The position numbers and the translations under genes were made by a program. Positions 52,371-63,735 of a stretch of 64,000 nt of DNA are shown here, piece after piece. The stretch covers positions 62,001 to 126,000 of the forward strand of contig BQFW01000003.1 in NCBI GenBank assembly GCA_020891255.1, in the 5' to 3' direction. Under the pieces are notes generated by a model, which saw nothing but the letters and a program-made list of their open reading frames with translations, searched no databases and had not been told where the DNA came from. This stretch comes from Entomortierella parvispora E1425 (taxonomy: Eukaryota > Fungi > Mortierellomycota). The stretch's first letter is position 1. The number at the start of each line of letters is the position of its first letter.

Positions 52371-54713
52371 TCATCGACAGAGGCCACAGCTCGTGAGGGA
52401 CAAACAACACGTCCTCAGATCCCAACCTCTCACCTCGACCTCTGTGTCAAAATACACTCTGCTGAGTTCTTGCACAAAGGCCCCGTCTTTGGACGCGTCG
52501 AGACCTAACTGGCGAATGTCCTCTCGAGTCAAACCTATACTCTGCCCCACCGATGCCGCATCCGATCCACCGCTGCTTTCGGAGCCTTCATCAAAGATGG
52601 CCGCAGTCGCCTTAAATGACAACAGCCGACTCAACTCTGATAACACAGTCTTTGTCAAGTGATGGAAAAATCTAACAGCACAATATCAGCACAGCAATTA
52701 AATTTGTCAGAATCAACAATCGCAAAAGGCAAGGAGAAAGGTATAGCATTACGTCCACACCCCATACCTGATGGCTTCTGTATCCACATTTCCACTCGTT
52801 TGCATCTGCAACACCTGTAAACAGGCACCGCCGAGTCTCTGATCCCGAGTGTCTTCGTCGCTTTGGTCCTGCTCCGCTTGACTTTGAAGAAAGGGTTGGC
52901 ATTCTTCCTCGTCCTCAGTCTCGTTCCCATACCACCACCACCAGCCACCGGTCATCATGACTCTCAACGTTCCTGCCATATCCAAACCAAGCCCCCTCAC
53001 AGAGCCTTCATGGTGCAGCTTCAAAACATCTGGAGGGTCCTCGACTGCTGTTGGTGACTCCAAAGCCGTTTCTGCACACAGGCGTTTCTGAAGGGTGCCT
53101 TGTCTCCTCCGAAATCGAGCCAGCTGCTGCAACAATGAAAAGTACCTCCGGTTGTCCATTGCCACAGCCATAGTCTCTTCTAATGTTGGCACTCCCTGTA
53201 CTAATGTCGAAAGTCGAACGTTGGGGTGTGGCAGCTTCAGTGTCGAGTAGTGAACTTTGATAGATGGCGCCGATAGATCTACCAAGACATCATACAGCTG
53301 TGGTTTGAAAGCAAAGAGTTTGTCGGTGGTGCCTAAGTAGTGAAAGGTGCAGATCCAGTAAGGCGTTGTTCACTCAAACATGAGCAGGATGTGCCATAGT
53401 ACTCACATGCAACATATCCCCCTTGAAGAGCTTCAATGTGCTCAATATCATTAATGCCGACACAAAACAAAGGCTGGATACGGTCATTGGACCTGCCAGT
53501 GGCCAGAGATGCAGTGCCGGAGGGTATTGTGGCTAAGAGACATATGTTGTACACTGTTGTGCCGCAGAAGGACTGTTAGTAGCAAGATCTTGACAGATTA
53601 AAGGGTCAGATATTCAGGAATAGTTTTTATACCTGCGAGGCATGTAGATTCCACAGGTGGAGGGGTATATATCAGAATGCGCTTCCTCAAAAGAGCGGCT
53701 TTCCATAAAATAAAGATTGCAGGGCCCATGGTGTGTACGAGCTCCATAAAGTGCAGAGATGGATGTGATTTCTAAGAGGTAGAGGAAACGGTCAGCACAA
53801 TCCAGCAAGCAATTAAACCAGCCATCATTGCCAAAACTCTCACGCAAGACATACAGGGATTTCATCTGAGTCAATTGCTTCCTCCAGACCCGGCGACATG
53901 AAGCTGTTTGATTGAGCTGGCTCCGAGATAGTAAAGGATCGGCTGATGCGGCGCCTATTCCTTGCTCTATAGGAGTTGCGTTTGCTCACTGTTGTGGATC
54001 GATGGCGCACGAAATAATCTTCCAGTCTCGACGTGTCGGCGCCTTCCTCGGTATGATAGCTGTTGGATTTCAGAAGTTAAAGCATGGTCAACATAAGGTG
54101 GCGAATGGATACATTAGATAAATGGATACGGTCTTCTGTTTTACCTAGCTTCGTTTTGAAGGAATTCGAGATGCCTCCACACCTGTCCACAACGTCCTGT
54201 TTCTGCTGATGGTCGAACAAGGATCCCAACAGAGACCATGTTCGCGCCTCGATTCGTCGCGCTGTCTGAGCGCTCGTTGACAAAGACCGAAATACCAATG
54301 CAGCCATCCAGTTGGAAATATCTAATAGTAAGATGGCGTTGTTAATATCGACTTGATGAATTGATGATCCTGCTCCTGCAGCCCTTGAGCAAATATTAAA
54401 ATCGGTCATTGGAGGTAGACCTACATCACGTCGTTTTGTCTTGTGTGAAGACCGCTTGGTAATGCGGTGAACTCGATACCTTGAAGCTGGATGCCTATTG
54501 AAAGAAATAGAGCAGAGTTTGAGCCCCGTAGTTCTGAAATACTCAAGACTATCTCCCCAGTCTGACAGTTTGGCTTGGCTATTCTTTTGTACCCGTGGAG
54601 GCCTGACTCCATTCGAGCTGATTGCCTTGGCGAGTATCAAAGCGGACGACAAAGATGGCATCAATGGATGGAATGTCAGCGTCGTCCTCGGGTCGATGCG
54701 TGGTCGACGCCAT
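52371..54713 (-). CDS. DENN-fold protein, DENND11/LCHN (Avl9-related)-like, multi-exon; mostly missed by the ORF track
   Basis: MAST...IDAIFVVRFDTRQGNQLEW|...GIEFTALPSGLHTRQNDV|IYFQLDGCIGISVF...RGANMVSVGIL, and a C-terminal GLDASKDGAFVQELSRVYF segment. This resembles the uDENN start of the DENND11 family. Confidence 0.75.
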
Positions 54714-54971
54714 TGTGAGTAAAGTATTCGCTCAGTGTTGCAATGGTATTAAGGTGAAGAGGGGTGAAGAGAGGAGAGGAGCGGTGAGGTGAATGCGTTG
54801 GGCGAAAAAAGTCAAAGCGGGTCAAGTGCCAGCTGGTCGCGAGGGCAAAAAAAAGTGACTGCTGAAACGAGAGTCCCAGGTCGATTCTCCTTGGGCCACG
54901 ACTCACGACTGTGTCAAACTATCGATGCATGGTGTAGATTATCGTATTTTATTGTCGCAGTGTACGCTCCT

Positions 54972-55849
54972 TTATTCCTCTCCAGCTGCCTCAGCCTTGG
55001 CCCGAGCCAAGCGCCTTTGCTTCACATCCCAGTTGTACACGCGGGCAGTGTTGACCTCCATAGTAGTGATCTGGTCACGCAGGTATACAAGATCCTCATC
55101 CGTGTTCTTCAAAGTCTTGAGCGCGGCTTCCAGTTTTGACGACAACAACTCAGCAGCCTCCTCGACAGGGTACTCCAACATCACATTAGCCTGAACATGA
55201 GGTGAATGAAGAGATTATTAGCAAGTCGTTTCACGGTCCATATCAGTCAACGTCCAAACTCAAATTTCAAGGACAGTAGACCATAAACTTACACCGAGCC
55301 AAAGGCAGACCTTGCCTGTGGGTTTGATGTTGGCGGTGGCAAACAGCGTATCGTTCAACTCGTACAATGTCTCGATCTCCTTGGAGTCATCGCCTTCAGC
55401 CGCCTCGGACTGCAAAAACTGAACCATCTCTAACGTCTTGCGAATCTCGGGGATCTTTGCATCCAGATTTCGCTTCTTCTGAAGCATGTTCACCTCCATG
55501 AACTTGTATTTTCTATTACGCCAGATCAAGAGGAGCAATTTCAAGTGTTTGTGAGCTAACAGCTCTTTTTCCAAATCGGCAGCCTCAGATAACAACCATT
55601 AATCCTCAGGGAGCGCAGCTCTTGCCCCTGACGAAAAGCAAACAAGGTCTGGCTAACCACAAGTTCTCCACACCATGATTGTTGATTGCTTTGGTCCCAG
55701 ATGAAGGTCGTCTAGCTCTTTCCATCAACTTACGCCGCTGCCTCCTGAAACTTTTTCAGGACAATCTCGACAGGCTCCTGAGGGCTGACATGATCTTCTA
55801 CATTCTCGACGAATGGTGCCTTGGGAATTCCGCGTGGGTTGGCTTCCAT
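54972..55849 (-). CDS. PAC10: Prefoldin subunit 3 (VBP1/Pac10), 3 exons
   Basis: MEANPRGIPKAPFVE, KYKFMEVNM...KIPEIRKTLEMV, KVCLWLG|ANVMLEYP and LRDQITTMEVNTARVYNWDVKQRR. Confidence 0.95.
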
Positions 55850-55963
55850 GTTGTATGATTGAATCCTTGGAGTCGTTTTCGGTGGCGGGATGAAAGAATC
55901 GCGTTCATCAGAGCATCTGGTCCTTTTTCAGGACTCAGTCGAAACTCGAAAGTCCAATCCTGA

Positions 55964-56001
55964 ATCACGTGATCCCTGCAACGTCATGGACGTGTCACGT
56001 G
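55964..56001. promoter_or_regulatory. Two RTCACGTG E-boxes in the roughly 240-bp bidirectional PAC10 / KH-protein promoter
   Basis: ATCACGTGAT palindrome at 55964..55973 and GTCACGTG at 55994..56001. Confidence 0.5.
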
Positions 56002-56089
56002 CCCTGTGTTTGGTTTTCCACGTTTGACCTTTTCCTCATTACCTCTTTTAACTCCACTTCCATTTCACTTCACTTCATCCCTATACATC

Positions 56090-59000
56090 ATGCCTTCAGA
56101 CAGCGACGTACCCGGCGCCCCCGCAGCCAAGGTTGACTTTACCTCGGTCATGGCTAACGTCAAGGCCATTGCCGCTAGACATGGAATCGCTGCCTCCATG
56201 GCCGGCGATGCATCCGCCCCCTATAGTGCTCCGCCACCAAAGCGACCCTATGAAGAGGACTCATACAGCCACCACGATAGCCGCGAGGACGATTCTTATG
56301 GAAAGAGGATGGCCTATGACTCTGGACGTGGTATGTTTGATTCACCATGGTCGTAGTCGTTGAGCGCCAGTGTGTCCCTTTCGCTCCCATTCTCACCCAC
56401 TTTCACTTTATCACTAGACTCAGCCCCCGTTCACCGTCCTGGTCTTGGAGCCCAGATCTCTCACTATGCTCCCCCTATGCGCAACGAGCACTCAATTCAG
56501 GAGGAAATGGCTGTCCCTGGAAACTTGGTTGGATTGATCATTGGACGTGGTGGAGAGAACTTGAAGAGGATCGAGCGTGAGACTGGATGCAAAGTTCAGG
56601 TTTCCCAAGGTACAAATCAAGGTGGTAATTTATGATATTACTTTTTGAATTGATCATGATATTTACCTTTTGTATGTGTCTTGTCAATAGATGGTAACCC
56701 TGGAGACCGTGAGCGCTTTATCAACATTATCGGACAACCCGCTGGAATTGCAGATGCCAGACGTCAAATTCAGGATATCGTTGTTAGTTCTCAGAACGGC
56801 GACCGTGGCGACCGCGGTGGCGGATATGGCGGTGGCGGAGCCTACGGTGGCAGCGGCGGATACGGCATGGGCGGTGGTTATGGCCGCAACAGCTCCAGCA
56901 TTCAGATCCCCAGTGCTAAGGTCGGTCTTGTGATCGGTCGTGGTGGCGAGACAATCCGTGACCTCCAGGAGAGAAGTGGTGCCCGTATTGCTGTTACCCC
57001 CTCCCCCCAGGATCATGATTCTACTACTCGACTGGTCACCATCACAGGAGACGACGGCGCCATCGACCGTGCCAAGACTTTGATCGAGGAGATTGTCAAC
57101 GATCTTGCTCCCAGAGGCGGTTATGGTGGTGGTGGTTTCCAGAACACACCCCCAGTGACCATGACCGTTCCCCAGGAATCTATTGGATTGGTTATTGGAC
57201 GCGGTGGTGAAACAGTGAAGCAGCTTCAGATTCAGTCTCGTGCCAAGATTCAGGTGCAGCAGGTCGAGCATGGCATGCCACCCCCAGCTGAGCGTACCAT
57301 CAACCTCTTTGGACCACCCGAGGCTGTCGAGTATGCCAAGCAACTCATCATGGAGAAGGTTGCCGGAGCGGTAAGTGATTGCTTGAACGGTTCAAAATTC
57401 TGGGTCATTCGGATGATGAGATTTGTCGCTGTGATATAAGAGGGTTTGGAGTGTCTTTGCTTTCGACATCTTGGACAATTTGATTTGCACTTTACTATGC
57501 CTGCATGAATATGGACTTGAATTGTATTCTATTGGAAGCCTACATTCGCCATTCGATTCTTCATTGCGACCAATCCCAACGGACAGCTTCCACAGGACTC
57601 TACTAGCACTTCGGGACCACATCGGTATTATATGCACATTTGGGAACGCTGCTCGACGCTCGATGATCAGAGCGAGACGCTCAGAGGTTCGGGGAAGGAC
57701 AAGTATCATATCAAATCTCGTATATTCTATGGAATGCGTCTTTGCAATGCCGTGAATGTTTGTGTGATTTCTATCAGAATATTTCCCCAGCCTCGACTTC
57801 ATGGACAGTAGACTTTTGTAACGACCTCTCGACATGGTGTCCGCTCCTTGCGTTGAGTTTTTGGATATGGCCCTTTTGTGATGTGTGGCGCGTGTTTTAT
57901 TACTATTCGGGTGGTGTTCTCATGAACAGGATGTGTCCTCGGATATGAGTAAGTTCCAGTAGCTTCTCGAGTGCAAATTGAAATTGATAATGTTTTGTTT
58001 TCCCTTTTTTCTATATTTCATTTGTGCGTATGTTGGATGCATGTCTATCGCTATTGTGATGTTAATGCCTCGATCGCAACATATGACGAATACCGTACAT
58101 CGACACAACCTGTGGGCGACTGCTACCTTCAACGAATGCTTTGACTTTGCTATGGCTTCCTGTCTTGGTTGATATTTTGGCAATGAATGTCTCTCGTTGT
58201 ATGAATACAATCCTGGTTATTACACTAATAGCGTGAGGGTGATCGCTATGGCGGCCAGCGTGACCAAGGGTAAGTACATGCAGGACTGATATCTTAGAGC
58301 CAACAATGTCGAATGTCTGTTCTCAAACTGTCATTCATCTGTGATCAATAATAGTGGATACGGCAGTGGCGGAAGCGGAGGTGGATATGGAGGATACCAG
58401 CAGTATCAACAGGCAGCGCCAGCCTCATCAAGTGGCTATGGACAGCAATATGGCGGCTATGGTGCACCTGCAGCGGCTGCAGCAGCTCCTGCCGCTGCCT
58501 CGGGATACACCCCTGAACAGCAGGCTGCTTACGCTCAATATTACGGATACCAGTACAATGCTGGTATGACACCTTCGTTCTAGTTCATCCTTGTCATTGA
58601 TTGCTTCATGAAGTTCTGACATCTTTTTTTTTTTATTTATTTTGTAGCATACCCATACGCAGCGGCACCTGCGACCTCAGCCGCTGCCGCCGCTGCTCCC
58701 GGGACCGATGCTGCTGCTACCGCTTCTAGCGCTGCTGCTCCCGGCTATGGTGCCTACGACTACTCACGCTACGGTGCTGGTCAGTACGGCGCCGTTGCCG
58801 CGACGTCTGCTGCCCCCGCCTCTCCTTCTACCACGCCTGCTACAACATCTGCTGCTGTAGCTGCTCCTGTTACCTCTGATGCTTCTGCCACACCTGCCGC
58901 ATCTGCTGCAGCTGCCGGCGCTGCTGCACCTGATTACTCGGCTTACTATGCCCAGCAGGGATACAGCCAAGAGGCGTATCAACAATACTACAGCCAGTAT

Positions 59001-59231
59001 TACGCTGGTTACCAGCAGCCTGGAGCCACTGGCACCGCTGCTGCTACTGATGCTGATGCATCTGCTCCTATTGACTCTTCTGCTCCTGCTCCTGCCACTG
59101 ATACCACAGAGGCCCAAGATGCCAGCACTGAAGCTGCTGCTCCTCAGGCCTCGACTGAGGCCGAGCCCTCCACATCTGCTGATGCTCCTGCTGATGATGC
59201 CGTTGCTGCACCAAGCGAGGAGAGCAAATAG
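56090..59231 (+). CDS. FUBP/KHSRP/PSI-like RNA-binding protein: three KH domains and a Tyr/Ala/Gln-rich C-terminus
   Basis: Three GxxIGRGGE KH loops and a C-terminal DYSAYYAQQG...YQQYYSQYY, resembling the DUF1897/PSI A-B boxes. The splice path is phase-consistent through 57371..58231, 58270..58354 and about 58565..58647, ending at TAG 59231. Confidence 0.88.
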
Positions 59232-59340
59232 AATAGTAGTGTAATGGAATAAAGTATATGAATCCTAGTGTCATTTTATTAGATCCCTTGTGGAGTTCAT
59301 GGTGTGGGCCGATAAGCCCATATTGACGCGTTTGTCTCGC

Positions 59341-59341
<1 letters not shown>

Positions 59342-59373
<32 letters not shown>
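59342..59373 (-). repeat. 32-nt poly(A) tract (poly-T on +), the longest homopolymer I noticed in the window
   Basis: Counted directly. Confidence 0.85.
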
Positions 59374-59638
59374 CTCGGCGAGATGGTGCATCCCTAATTC
59401 ACTCAATTGGCTTCACACACGGGCAGTACCCTATTCTTCTTTCAAGACGCCGTCAATAGTTGTTTCCTCCCACATTACCACCGTGTTCTTCTACTCCTTT
59501 ACCAGAACAGCACCACATTTAGGAGTGGCATGTGGGTCAACTCTAATGCCACCCCCATCTTCAGGCTGTTTTCAGATCGGCTGCGATAGTGGTCTGTTTA
59601 ATATGGGATTCATGGCTGCTGCGAGGAGGTGATACCTA

Positions 59639-60163
59639 TCAAAAGATATATTGATCTTGCATTCTGCGACTCATTTCCGCAAGGATCGTATCATATTCCG
59701 CAAACTTGGCTGTGTGTTCGCCAATGGTGATGCCATGTCTGGCATTTGTTTCTTGCAGGCCGTTAATTTGTGCTTGCTGTGTACCAACTGTTCTTTCGAG
59801 TGCTGCAATGGTTCCTTGGAGTTGGGCGATTGTACGTTTGACCTCTGCAATGGTACCTTCCTGCTGACTGATCTGTGCTCGTTGGGTCTGGATGGTTTTT
59901 TCTAGTCCGGCAATGGAATTCCCTTGGTGACTGATCTGTGATTGTTGTGTGTCGATAACTTTTATGAACGCAGCCATGGTTTTTTCCTGGTCGTTGATCA
60001 TTGATTGATGCGCGAAGGTTGTTGTTTTGGGCCGCCTGTTTGTTTCCTCCAGTTCTTCGATTTTCACCTGCTGGTCAGCAATGGTCGCATGTGGACTTGA
60101 GCTGTATTCTTGAACCTCTGCGGTTTTTTCGTCCTTCAGCAGCTTTGAGAATTCGTTAGCCAT
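59639..60163 (-). CDS. Intronless orphan coiled-coil protein (174 aa)
   Basis: ATG-initiated ORF with about 15 uninterrupted heptads, Ile at a and Gln/Leu/His at d. Such periodicity is unlikely in a chance ORF. Confidence 0.65.
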   Translation of the reverse strand: MANEFSKLLKDEKTAEVQEYSSSPHATIADQQVKIEELEETNRRPKTTTFAHQSMINDQEKTMAAFIKVIDTQQSQISHQGNSIAGLEKTIQTQRAQISQQEGTIAEVKRTIAQLQGTIAALERTVGTQQAQINGLQETNARHGITIGEHTAKFAEYDTILAEMSRRMQDQYIF

Positions 60164-60429
60164 TACGATGAAGTCGAGTGCTCAGCTGAAGCAGGGGAGG
60201 GGGTAGAGGATCGAAAAAAGTGTGGATCAGAGGCTGATTGGAAAGTGTCGGAATTGTAAGAACTGTGCGAAGAGAAGTATAACCAGGAAAGGAAGCGATG
60301 TGAGGAGGATAGGTTTTGTAGGTGGAAAGAATGGGGGAGGCAAAGCAGGTTTTCTCCGACATTTTTTTTACCCCTTGTTTCCTGGAGAAAAGCTTCGTGG
60401 TGTAGGTCTCATGTTTACCGAGGGCGCCG

Positions 60430-60570
60430 CAAAGATCAAGGCAAAGATCAAGGCAAAGCTCAAGGCGTAACTCAAGGCGGATTTCAAGGCGAACTCCAAG
60501 GCGAAACTCAAGGCGAAGTTCAAGGCGAAGTTCAAGACAAGATTCAAGGCAAAGTTCAAGGCAATGCTCA
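60430..60570. repeat. 12-bp tandem minisatellite, about 11-12 degenerate copies of CAAGGCRAAGWT
   Basis: caaggcaaagat caaggcaaagct caaggcgtaact caaggcggattt caaggcgaactc ... is seen directly. Confidence 0.9.
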
Positions 60571-61165
60571 ATAGGGCTTGCAAAACACGTCCTCTGGCAT
60601 CAACAGCAGGAAACTGTAGATTGCCCTAGCATGCATCAATCTATGATTATATAGACTCAATAAAAATAACCGTCTCTTTCTGGTTTCGCGTCTGTCGCAT
60701 CTGTCCGAGCGTAAAATTTTCTCTCTCTTCCCTTTTTTCTTTCTCTTATTTAAGACGAGGAAGGAAAGTAAATAGGAGCAAGACATACTAATAGACTTGA
60801 TGCAATGAAGGCAGAATTGTTCAATATGCACAAGGGTAGGACTTGTCATAGTCAGGGGACGTCGTAAGGTTCTGTTGAGAGACGAAGGGCCGTCTTTTCT
60901 TCAATTTGATGCTGGACAAAGATGCGAGCAGCTTTTGTTCTTCTGCATATGACACATAGGCAAAAGCCCAAGGAGTATGCACACGAGAAGGAGACCGGAA
61001 ATATGTTGTCTCGGGGAGATGGACAAGCAACGAGTATAAGAGCGGCGATGATGGTGATCGAATGGGCGCAGTAAAATAACCTGAATAAAAATTGGACTAT
61101 CATAGAGGAATCTTTGTTTTATTTTATTCAATGCATGGTCTTTGTGGGAAGTAGAGGTGGGATTA

Positions 61166-62833
61166 TTATGTTGCGGGGGAGCCGAGAATAACAGAGTGCT
61201 GTCCACCTCCAGCAACCTTGCGAATGACAACATTCTCGATCTGCTTTCCTTGCAAGAGAAGAGGCTTCTCAACATCTTCCTCCTCGCCGTTACCGCAAGC
61301 GTACATCTCTCCAAAGCCCCAAGCATAGACATCGCCTGCTTGGGTCAAAGCCAAGGTGTGGTTACTTCCGACAGAGACGGCGGTGATGGTGGGAAGGCCG
61401 GGGATCAATGTAGGCTCCCGGATAGCCTTCTTGAACGAGTCTGAAGTCTCAGTGCCGGGGGCTTCTGTGTAGCCCAAACCGAGCTGATGACTGTCGGAAC
61501 GACCGAATCCAAAGAGTCTACCGTCCTTGGTGAGGGCGATGGTGTGGTGCTCGCCTCCCTGGATATCCGCAAATCTTTCTTCCTCAAGGGCCTTGATGGG
61601 TGCGACTGAGGGCACATTGTCCACAGAGGCGTCGTCATTTCCGCACTGTCCATAGGTGTTCAATCCCCAGGCGTAGGCCTTGCCCTCGCTGTCGATAGCA
61701 AAGGAGTGGTAAGCGCCTGCACCAATCTTTGCGAATCTCTTGTGTCCGATACGCTCAGGAGTCAAGCCGTTCAACATGCGACGAGCCACGATCCTGCGAC
61801 CAAGCTGCATCTGTTGACCATTGCCCCAAGAGTAGACGTGTCCTGTACCGTCCAAAGCGAGGACGTGATCGGTACCGGTGGCAATATCGACAATGTTCTG
61901 GAGTCCATGGACTTTGGTAGGTCCATCCTGAACCTCCTGATCCTTTGAATGACCCAAGATTCCTTCGGCGCTCTATTCACAAGCAAAAAGAGGGAAGGCG
62001 AACATGGAAGGCTTGGTGAATAAGAATGAAATGTTTCAAGCAAGAAAAAAAAAAATACGAGGGCGCTGCGTTTTACTTACTCTGAAGGTTCCCCAGGTAT
62101 AGACTTCGCCCTCCTCGGTAAGAGCGACGGTCAACGAGTCTGAGCAAGCGACCTTGAGAATCTTGACGTTATCCAAGCCCTCGACAGGGAGGGGAACATA
62201 TTCATCGCCGGAACGTCCCAAAGTCTTTTGATCATTGACTCCCCAGGACCAGAGCTATCAGAAGAAGAAGAAAAACGTGTATCAGAGATTGCTCCTTTAT
62301 AATGCTAGCATAACACCTTTCCCGCAACTTTTAAAAAAAAAAAAAGAGTCGCGGTTTTGTCATCTAATCTTACCTTTCCATCAACGGTGAGGGCCATGTT
62401 GTGCATGCCTCCGGCAGCAATGTCGACAATGTGCTGATCGTTCAGGACCTCGAGATTGGCGGGCTTCTTGCGAATGATTTTGTCCTCTCCGAGACCCAAC
62501 TGGGCACAATCTCCGGTGCCAAAGACATAGACATGACCCTCAGTGGTGTCGCGAGGAGCACGGGTGAGGTCGAGAGAAGAACCCAGGGACTTTGACTTTT
62601 TGAGAGCAGGAGTGGATCCGGAAGAGGCAGTGCTGTTGCGAGCCCTCTTGTTGGTGGTAGTGGTGGTGGTGGTGGCTAGTGGATGAAGAGATTGACCATC
62701 GGAGAGAGAAAAAAGTCAGTTGGGCGAGAGCCTTGAACGCGTGTGTTGTTGGGTCCAGATCAAGGGGGAGCGGTCCTGGGTGATGGAGTGGAGCGAGCTA
62801 GCTGGGGGGGGGGGTTTGTTTACCTGGGGTCAT
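61166..62833 (-). CDS. SRM1: RCC1 / Ran guanine nucleotide exchange factor (Srm1/Prp20/Pim1), multi-exon; the first coding exon is 10 nt
   Basis: ATGACCCCAG|gtaaac, then NLS-like KRAR...KKSK, VYVFGTGDCAQLGLG, and multiple RCC1 repeats (IAAGGMHN, VACSDSLT, ATGTDHV, GAGAYHS, QGGEHHT, SVGSNHT, AGGGQHS). Confidence 0.95.
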
Positions 62834-63057
62834 GATCGACAGTTGGATGGGTGTTTGCGCAAAGAGAGGAAGGAGAGAAGCAAACGAAGAGCAATGACAA
62901 TGACAACGACAATGACAAGCAAGACAAGGCAAGAAAAAGAAGAAGAAGAGAGATCTGCGTGGTGGCAGAGCGTGCAAAAAGAACGAGAACGAGAACGAAG
63001 CGAAGAGGGAGAGAAATGAGAAATGGGTGGCTTAGCCGCACCGTCTCTTTGGTGCGC

Positions 63058-63059
<2 letters not shown>

Positions 63060-63096
<37 letters not shown>
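63060..63096 (+). repeat. (GT)18 microsatellite in the RCC1 upstream region
   Basis: Seen directly. Confidence 0.95.
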
Positions 63097-63098
<2 letters not shown>

Positions 63099-63735
63099 GT
63101 CCACCCACACGCCCCTCCTCCTTCGAGTGAGCGAGTGAGTGAGAGAAAGAAAGAAAGAAGGCCTTCATCTACATCATCCATCCCCTTCCTGGGTTCTCTG
63201 TCTGTCTGTCACTCACTCACTGGACACCTCACCGTCATCTCATCATCGCACTTTGCTTCTTCTTTCCTCCTTCTTCTCTCCTTCTTTGCTCTGTCCCGTC
63301 CTTCCATCCGTGCGCCATCAAAGCGGATCTCGTTGATTCTGCAGCCGAGTGTGCCTCTTCTCCCTCCTCCTTTTCCTCTTTGTACATTTTCTCATTTGCT
63401 CTCTCCTGCTCTGTTTGCGGTCGGTGCCTCCCTCCCTCTCTCTCTTCTTTTTCACTTTTTGTTTTTTTGGTATCTTCCCTGTCTTCACTCCCTTCCCCCC
63501 CTATTCCTCTCCTTGTCAAAGGTACGAGCCTGCAGTTGCATTGACCGCAAATCAACCGAGCGATCCTGCGACCCTGACTGATTTGACCATTTTCCATCTC
63601 TCCTACCAGCCAATCTGACGCGGTTCTGACTCGGTCTCCCTTTGACAGGCAGGCAAATACAACCAGATAGGCCTTGTTCCCTGCTCATCCCCCCCTGACG
63701 ACGACGACGACGACGGCGACGTGCGTCCTCCCACA

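Noticed and set aside
57413-57419. ATGATGA (box C-like) at the start of the long KH-gene intron
   Set aside because: There is no CTGA box D at a suitable distance and no terminal stem, so it is not called a snoRNA.
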